Below are positions 58,228-64,000 of a stretch of 64,000 nt of DNA, in pieces; the first letter of the stretch is position 1, and every line of letters starts with the position of its first letter. Position numbers and translations under genes: made by a program. Below the pieces are notes generated by a model. It had not been told where the DNA came from. It worked only from the letters and a program-made list of their open reading frames with translations, and did not search any database. The DNA comes from a virus (taxonomy: Duplodnaviria; Caudoviricetes): IMG/VR virus record IMGVR_UViG_3300035208_002098, positions 128,001-192,000 of that record, one strand, 5' to 3'.

Positions 58228-59037
58228 TTACGGGTTTAATAATTCTTCACCGTTATTTTCTATATCATCTAGTGATGATATTTTAAATTTATAGAATCCG
58301 TATTCTGATATAATATCCTTTTCTTCAGGTACCTTAGTTTCAATATCCCATAATAAGTAACCATGTTTACTAATACTTTCACCGAAATCTTGTTGTATTA
58401 AACTAGATGGATACCAAATAGGTACATTATCTTTATTTATTTGTTGCCTTTTATGAATATCACCCAACATTACAATATCACAACCATCAAAATTGTCTAC
58501 TTCTACACCATCTTCAAATTCATACCCTAAATTTGTTGTTGCACCAACCATTGGTGCATGAAGTAAACCAATAAATGTTTTATTTGGATTTTCAAGTCTT
58601 GCAGCCTCGATATCAGGTCTTTTATTCTCTTCAAAAATAGAATAATTACACCAAACAATATTATCGTCAACATAACATAAACTTTCCTTATAAAACTTAA
58701 TATCTGGGTTATCCATTAATGTTATTACTGGTGTTAAACTATCTAATCTATCTTTATTATTCTCTAATAAATCGTGATTACCGGCTATAATTATTGTAGG
58801 TGCTAACTTAGCACATCGTTTAAGAAACCAAGCTATAAAAGTTAATTGTTCATTAGATATAGTTATTTTTTGGTGAACCAAATCACCTACTATAACTATT
58901 CTAATCTCTTCCTTAGAAAAACCACTAATTTCTTTTTTAACACTTTTAAAGAATTCAACAGAAATTTCTTGGTATTCTTCGTGTCGTTTAAATGTTCGAA
59001 CATGAAGGTCCGAAATATGTATTACCTTTTTTATCAT
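58228..59037 (-). CDS. SbcD/Mre11/gp47-like nuclease
   Basis: SDLH, GDL, GNHD, GDIH. Confidence 0.9.
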   Translation of the reverse strand: MIKKVIHISDLHVRTFKRHEEYQEISVEFFKSVKKEISGFSKEEIRIVIVGDLVHQKITISNEQLTFIAWFLKRCAKLAPTIIIAGNHDLLENNKDRLDSLTPVITLMDNPDIKFYKESLCYVDDNIVWCNYSIFEENKRPDIEAARLENPNKTFIGLLHAPMVGATTNLGYEFEDGVEVDNFDGCDIVMLGDIHKRQQINKDNVPIWYPSSLIQQDFGESISKHGYLLWDIETKVPEEKDIISEYGFYKFKISSLDDIENNGEELLNP

Positions 59038-59549
59038 TATATATGTAAATAATTATTCATAAGTAGTAATGTACTCATTAGATTAGCGAAACATATCACT
59101 TCTATATTCCAAATCATATGTTCTTTATTACCGATTAAATATAATATAAGTGTTTCAATTAATATAAACCCACCTACAATTAATCCAAGATTAAAATTTA
59201 ATAATGTTATACCAATATAACACCCTAATATACCACCAATAGCACCCACCATGTGAATGATAAATTTCCATTTAGTTTGTATTCTACTAAATATACCAAC
59301 TAAAGATAATAACAAACCCGATATTAAAAATGCTGGGCTACCCCAACCAATACCACTTAATATAATGGCCGTAGCTAATATCCAAATGAAAAAACGAAAT
59401 GTGTTCCTATATCTCCATTCTAAATCATAAAATGAAATTGATATAGATTTCTGTATACCGTATCTACCCCATATATATGAGATATATTCTAAAAAATCGA
59501 CAATACCTAATAACAATGCAATATTTTTAATCAATTCTAGTGTCACCAT
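59037..59549 (-). CDS. Multi-TM membrane protein
   Basis: SISISFY, HMVGA, several TMs. Confidence 0.65.
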   Translation of the reverse strand: MVTLELIKNIALLLGIVDFLEYISYIWGRYGIQKSISISFYDLEWRYRNTFRFFIWILATAIILSGIGWGSPAFLISGLLLSLVGIFSRIQTKWKFIIHMVGAIGGILGCYIGITLLNFNLGLIVGGFILIETLILYLIGNKEHMIWNIEVICFANLMSTLLLMNNYLHI

Positions 59550-59551
59550 AC

Positions 59552-60118
59552 TTACTTAATATTATTTAATTTGTTATGACATTCTCTAATAATAAAAGCG
59601 TCCCACATTGCATTATGTTTAATTTTTTTAAATTTACGTGGTATTGTAATTTCACCAACAAATTCTTCTCTTGAAATATCTGGGTCAATACCTTTTTCTC
59701 TAAAAGATGTACAAATATCAAATGGAATATAATATACGTTCTCAGGTATGTTAAATGCATGACCAAATATTTGGTTAAATAACATCCAATCATATGTTAA
59801 ACAATCTGACCACATTTCAATTTCCCCAAATTGGTCCAACCATTTAATTAATTCAATGTGTAATGAATCTATATCTCCAAAATGTTGTATATCACCCGTT
59901 TTTTTATCTTCTATTGTAGTCCAAGGGTCTTCTTTTAGTATTAGATTTTCTATTACATTTGTTTTAATCCATTCATCTATTTGTAATTCATCATAATCAA
60001 ATAACTCAGCATAAAATGTTTTACCACACTCAGATATTAAACCAATCGATATTAATGTTGTTTTTTGATGCAAACCAGTAAATTCGGTGTCAAAAAAAAT
60101 TTTTTTCTTAATAGTCAT
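59552..60118 (-). CDS. DEDDh 3'-5' exoribonuclease
   Basis: FFDTEFTG, YDW, HNAMWDA. Confidence 0.85.
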   Translation of the reverse strand: MTIKKKIFFDTEFTGLHQKTTLISIGLISECGKTFYAELFDYDELQIDEWIKTNVIENLILKEDPWTTIEDKKTGDIQHFGDIDSLHIELIKWLDQFGEIEMWSDCLTYDWMLFNQIFGHAFNIPENVYYIPFDICTSFREKGIDPDISREEFVGEITIPRKFKKIKHNAMWDAFIIRECHNKLNNIK

Positions 60119-60488
60119 AATTTTTTATTTTAATTAGTTTTTCGTTATATATGTTATAAATTTTTATTATATTATTTTCAATATTATTTGTAAACTGTAC
60201 TTCGTAACGACCACATAATATTGATGATTCAGCATTATAATATTCAAACTCATAAAAAAGTGGAGCAAGAATATGATGAGTTAAAATATTAGTACCACCC
60301 ATTATACCACTACTCTTAAAAATTTTAGCTGATTGTTGATTTATTTTAGTTAATAAAGTTTTATTCCAATTCATTTGATTGTATAAATTATTACCAACCC
60401 ATTGTTTATAATCCCATGAATTTGAATCAAATAGAATATAATCATATTTAAAACTAAAATTTTTGGTTTTATAATCAATAAAATCCAT
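60108..60488 (-). CDS. Major-capsid-protein-fragment-like protein
   Basis: WNKTLLTKINQQSAKIFKSS..GG..EYY..GRYEV. Confidence 0.55.
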   Translation of the reverse strand: MDFIDYKTKNFSFKYDYILFDSNSWDYKQWVGNNLYNQMNWNKTLLTKINQQSAKIFKSSGIMGGTNILTHHILAPLFYEFEYYNAESSILCGRYEVQFTNNIENNIIKIYNIYNEKLIKIKNYDY

Positions 60489-60489
60489 G

Positions 60490-61248
60490 TTATTTACCAG
60501 CTAATTCCATTTGATATTTATGATGTTTTAATAACTTTTCAGCCTCATGTTTCATATACATCAAATTTATTTTAGAGAATTTCTCAGTCTTTTTATCGAA
60601 ATATAAAGCATATAATTGTCTACATTTTCTACCAGTTGAAACCTCATACATATAAGCATATACACTTAATTGTAGTGTATATACCACAAATTGACAATCC
60701 TGTAAATGTGAAAATGGTTGTTTTAATGTTTGTTTGTATTGTGAATAAAAGTTAAAAACTTTATTTGTTTTAAAATCACCAACATCAAAAAATACATCAT
60801 CTATGTCTATAACTAAATCCGATGTACCAGCTAATTTATACTCTTCTGAAAATAAAGCTAGTTCTGGGTGTACTTGAATACCTTCATCTAATTCTAATTC
60901 ATCAAATGCACGACAAACCCTAACATCAAAATCATTATCCGGGAAAAACCATTTTTTAGCTAATAAATATTTTTCGAGTACTTCGTGTACGTGTGTACCA
61001 TAAGCATTTGCAGTATCATTAATTTCTTGCCAATAAGCTATTAACCTATCTTTAGACATACCAATATAATCCTTATTTTTCTTTGGGTCTAAATCAGATT
61101 GTTTTGATATTGCAGTTGCTACAGCTTCTGTATCAAATTCGTGTTCTATACTTGATATTACAGTAGTAACTGATGTAAAAATTTCACCAGTTTCAATATG
61201 ATGATATTTATGAGCTATTGGTTCTAATACTACCTTTGATTTATACAT
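60490..61248 (-). CDS. PD-(D/E)xK exonuclease (Cas4/RecB-like)
   Basis: SVTT, GTHVH, AGTSDL, DFKT, QLSVY. Confidence 0.85.
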   Translation of the reverse strand: MYKSKVVLEPIAHKYHHIETGEIFTSVTTVISSIEHEFDTEAVATAISKQSDLDPKKNKDYIGMSKDRLIAYWQEINDTANAYGTHVHEVLEKYLLAKKWFFPDNDFDVRVCRAFDELELDEGIQVHPELALFSEEYKLAGTSDLVIDIDDVFFDVGDFKTNKVFNFYSQYKQTLKQPFSHLQDCQFVVYTLQLSVYAYMYEVSTGRKCRQLYALYFDKKTEKFSKINLMYMKHEAEKLLKHHKYQMELAGK

Positions 61249-61321
61249 ATTTCTATTTAATTAATAACAAAGATATATAATATTTTATATTATTTCAAGA
61301 TATTTATGTAAAAAGAACTTA

Positions 61322-61858
61322 ATGGATAACTATATTAAAAAATTACTTAGAGAATACTATGATGACTACAACGATATAGATATTAGCTCATTCACAGATG
61401 CTGATATGGATAATATGGCATACCAAACAGTTAAACAACTTAAAATAGATAATAAAACTAAAGAGTTACTTAAAAATATTAATTGGACTGAAATTAAAGT
61501 TTCTAGAAAAAGTAATGACTTTTTACGTATTATTTTACCGTATGGTAAATTTTCTGAAGGTATATACGTGATGATTTCAGTTGATTCTGATGGGTTAAAT
61601 CATATGCATATAGAATTAGCTAAATCATTACAAAGTTTAGGCTTAGGTTATAAGATTCATAAAGCAGTTATAAATTATATAGGTCATATTTATTCACCAG
61701 TAGCTGATAGGAAAAATAAATTAATTAATAATGTATATAATCGTCTATCTAACGACCCAGATTTAGAATGTTTTAGAAATAAAGCTAATAGTGATATTTG
61801 TTTTATGAAAAATAAGGTAAATAAGATTTTATTAAGTAAATTCTCTAAGTTAACTTAA
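61322..61858 (+). CDS. GNAT-like cargo protein
   Basis: MDNYIKKLLRE leader; LQSLGLGYKI. Confidence 0.55.
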   Translation: MDNYIKKLLREYYDDYNDIDISSFTDADMDNMAYQTVKQLKIDNKTKELLKNINWTEIKVSRKSNDFLRIILPYGKFSEGIYVMISVDSDGLNHMHIELAKSLQSLGLGYKIHKAVINYIGHIYSPVADRKNKLINNVYNRLSNDPDLECFRNKANSDICFMKNKVNKILLSKFSKLT

Positions 61859-62808
61859 TATTTAAACCGGGTTAACCTCTTAGCTGTTCGTAATACTTTA
61901 ATTACTTCCTTCCTACCAAAATCTTGGTGAATTTTAGCGATATCGTAATCACGTGGTAATATAACTATCTTAACTAAATGACCTATTGGTGTATAAAATA
62001 ATTGTTTATATAAATTTTCAGCATCTTTCTCGGCATCAGCATCTAATACAATGACTATATTACCCTTTGCTTTAGTAATTAATGTTTCTAATAATAAATC
62101 TGATATATATTTTCCTAATAACGGTATTGAGTTAGGTGTTACAATGTGGTCAAATGGTCCTTCAACTAAATAAATTGTCGCATCCCATTTTATTTTATTT
62201 TCGTTAAATATTATAAAACTTTTATCACTTTCATCATTCATGTATTTTGGTTTAACCCAAGAAAATGCTCTGCCAACAAAATAATTTAATTCTTCACAAC
62301 TATCATACGATGGTATTACAACACGTAAAAAATGTTTACCACTACTTGTATACCCAATGTTATAATAATCTATTATATCTTGTGTAATACGCCTTCCTTT
62401 TAAATACTTCATAGCTTCTTGGTATCTGCTATCGTAAATGTATTTATCTTTAAGTGATAAAAAAGTTTCTGGTAATTTAACCTCAACTAATTGCTTTTCT
62501 TCAGAACCATATTTATCTATTTTGGAATCTGGTTTTATTATAAGGTATTGTTTTAGATGTTTTTTCTGACCATATTTCCTAATTAACGATGGTATATACC
62601 CACTCATATGGTTGGTGTCCTTACAAGACCAACATTTATAAACACCCTTTTCGTAATTTACTTCTAAGTTACCCTTACCGTCACCACCAATTAAATCTTT
62701 ATCTGCAGCACAGGCTGGACAGTCAAAAGAAATTTGTCCTTTTTCTTCTGTATGTTTCCTAGGTTCACCTAAAAAATCGGATAATATATCTACTATAAAC
62801 GAGCTCAT
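61855..62808 (-). CDS. DNA primase
   Basis: CPAC..CWSC zinc finger, VEGPFD, LDAD TOPRIM. Confidence 0.88.
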   Translation of the reverse strand: MSSFIVDILSDFLGEPRKHTEEKGQISFDCPACAADKDLIGGDGKGNLEVNYEKGVYKCWSCKDTNHMSGYIPSLIRKYGQKKHLKQYLIIKPDSKIDKYGSEEKQLVEVKLPETFLSLKDKYIYDSRYQEAMKYLKGRRITQDIIDYYNIGYTSSGKHFLRVVIPSYDSCEELNYFVGRAFSWVKPKYMNDESDKSFIIFNENKIKWDATIYLVEGPFDHIVTPNSIPLLGKYISDLLLETLITKAKGNIVIVLDADAEKDAENLYKQLFYTPIGHLVKIVILPRDYDIAKIHQDFGRKEVIKVLRTAKRLTRFKY

Positions 62809-62875
62809 TATCTGCAAAGATACTAAAAAAAAATAAAAGTAACAATATTTTTAGATATTTATATAAAAATTAAAT

Positions 62876-63289
62876 ATGAATTTAAGTAAATTACTTCGTG
62901 AACGATTATTAGAATATGATAATAATATATTAACTGTATATCATGGTACTAATTCAAAACATTTAAATAATATTTTGAATAATGGTTTAGTTGATAAAAC
63001 TAGTAATTATAATAGTGCTTCGTGGTATATGGTTTCAACTGATTTAAATAGTGCTTTATTTCACGCAACCCCACAAGATGAAGACGATGTTGTATATGTA
63101 ATTGAATTTAATATACCGGTAACCGATAATGATAGGTGGTTTGGGTTTCCATATTTATGGAAAGGTTATGTTAGAAATGATAAATCGACTTGGTTTGCGT
63201 TAAAACAACCATTAACTAAAAATATGATTAATAAGGTACATAAAATAGGTAAAGATATTTGGTTAAAACAGAAAAACGATAAGTATTAA
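62876..63289 (+). CDS. ADP-ribosyltransferase-like cargo protein
   Basis: MNLSKLLRERLLE leader; VYHGT..ILNNGL. Confidence 0.55.
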   Translation: MNLSKLLRERLLEYDNNILTVYHGTNSKHLNNILNNGLVDKTSNYNSASWYMVSTDLNSALFHATPQDEDDVVYVIEFNIPVTDNDRWFGFPYLWKGYVRNDKSTWFALKQPLTKNMINKVHKIGKDIWLKQKNDKY

Positions 63290-63759
63290 AAAGTTAATAT
63301 ACAGTTTAATGGTTCAACGACTATCTTTATGGTTTGTATATCATCATTTTCATAAGATAATTCACCAAAATCTATCAATTTAATCCTTTTAACATTAATT
63401 AACCAATCTTCAATTACAACACCAGTCACATCCAAACTTTTAATATTAAAAGAAAATAAAGGTCCTCTAGTAAAAATACTCCTTTTTTTAGGTAATGAAT
63501 TATATAAATATTGTGACATAGATGGATGTATAGGGTCATACAATTCAATAATAATATCTTCCCATTTTTCACTATATTTAGGTTTACTTATACTAGATAT
63601 AAAAAATTCGTCAATATTCCTGAAATTAATTAGAAATCTACTAGTTCTTTTCGGTTCATACATTGGTTGTAATGGTATACCAGAAAATTTTGTCGTTGTA
63701 TCTCTAAAGAAACTAAATACTTTTGTAAACTTATATCCGGAACCAAATATTAGTCCCAT
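63286..63759 (-). CDS. Tail-tube (gp19)-like protein, divergent paralog
   Basis: YEPKRTSRF, WEDIIIELYDPIHPS, LDVTGVVIEDW, DFGELSY. Confidence 0.65.
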   Translation of the reverse strand: MGLIFGSGYKFTKVFSFFRDTTTKFSGIPLQPMYEPKRTSRFLINFRNIDEFFISSISKPKYSEKWEDIIIELYDPIHPSMSQYLYNSLPKKRSIFTRGPLFSFNIKSLDVTGVVIEDWLINVKRIKLIDFGELSYENDDIQTIKIVVEPLNCILTF

Positions 63760-64000
63760 AAACCGTCTTTTCTCATTTTACCCATAACTGCAGCATATGC
63801 ATCAGTCATATCGTAATTTTCCTTCATTAAGACTTTGTTTTTATCGTATAACCAAATTATTTGTGGTTCCAAATCAAATACTTTTTTCCAAATAACCTCT
63901 TTTTTATCAATATCATAAGCATAACCACCAAATAAAACCGGGTCTTTCTTAGCAATAGCAGCTGGAGTGAATCTATTACCTTTTTTATCTTCAGTTCTTT
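63750..64000 (-). CDS. RuvC-like resolvase, C-terminal part (partial)
   Basis: DKKEVIW...ENYDMTDAY. Confidence 0.55.
   Translation of the reverse strand, partial: RTEDKKGNRFTPAAIAKKDPVLFGGYAYDIDKKEVIWKKVFDLEPQIIWLYDKNKVLMKENYDMTDAYAAVMGKMRKDGLWD

Noticed and set aside
60490-61248. CRISPR-associated Cas4
   Set aside because: No Fe-S cysteine cluster or array; ordinary phage PD-(D/E)xK exonuclease
1-64000. Alternative genetic code (TAG or TGA reassignment)
   Set aside because: Genes are full length in code 11, several end in TAG or TGA, and no suppressor anticodon was seen

Overview
AT-rich segment of a large (jumbo-type) phage genome. A Bacteroidota host is inferred from about 20 copies of the TAnnTTTG -7 promoter element. 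Most genes are on the minus strand. The window is dominated by translation and RNA-repair functions: two tRNA clusters, tmRNA, SmpB, ClpP, CCA-adding enzyme, Tpt1/KptA, two RNA ligases, an RlmN-like methylase, a release factor and a Ro60/TROVE-like DUF2828 protein. It also carries replication/recombination genes (ligase, primase, SbcCD/gp46-47, RNase HII), a sigma-70 factor, lysis genes, late virion-cargo genes and at least 8 free-standing homing endonucleases. Main discovery: an unannotated 30-codon leader ORF (22562-22470, minus) whose codons 2-22 encode only Arg, Asn, Ile, His, Ser and Trp, exactly the six amino acids of the downstream tRNA array. It is coupled to a mutually exclusive terminator/antiterminator pair, which looks like a ribosome-stalling attenuator that switches on phage tRNAs when host tRNAs are depleted. 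Much of that array pairs canonical tRNAs with structurally aberrant ones, including three D-arm-less tRNAs. Other highlights: an RF1-type release factor with a prfB-style +1 frameshift at CUU-UAG; homing-endonuclease cassettes that carry replacement pieces of their targets; a repeated Y-RNA-like motif linked to DUF2828; mini tRNA-like RNAs; and small genes built from capsid, sheath, tail-tube and portal fragments. All family assignments are by eye from motifs; no searches were run.
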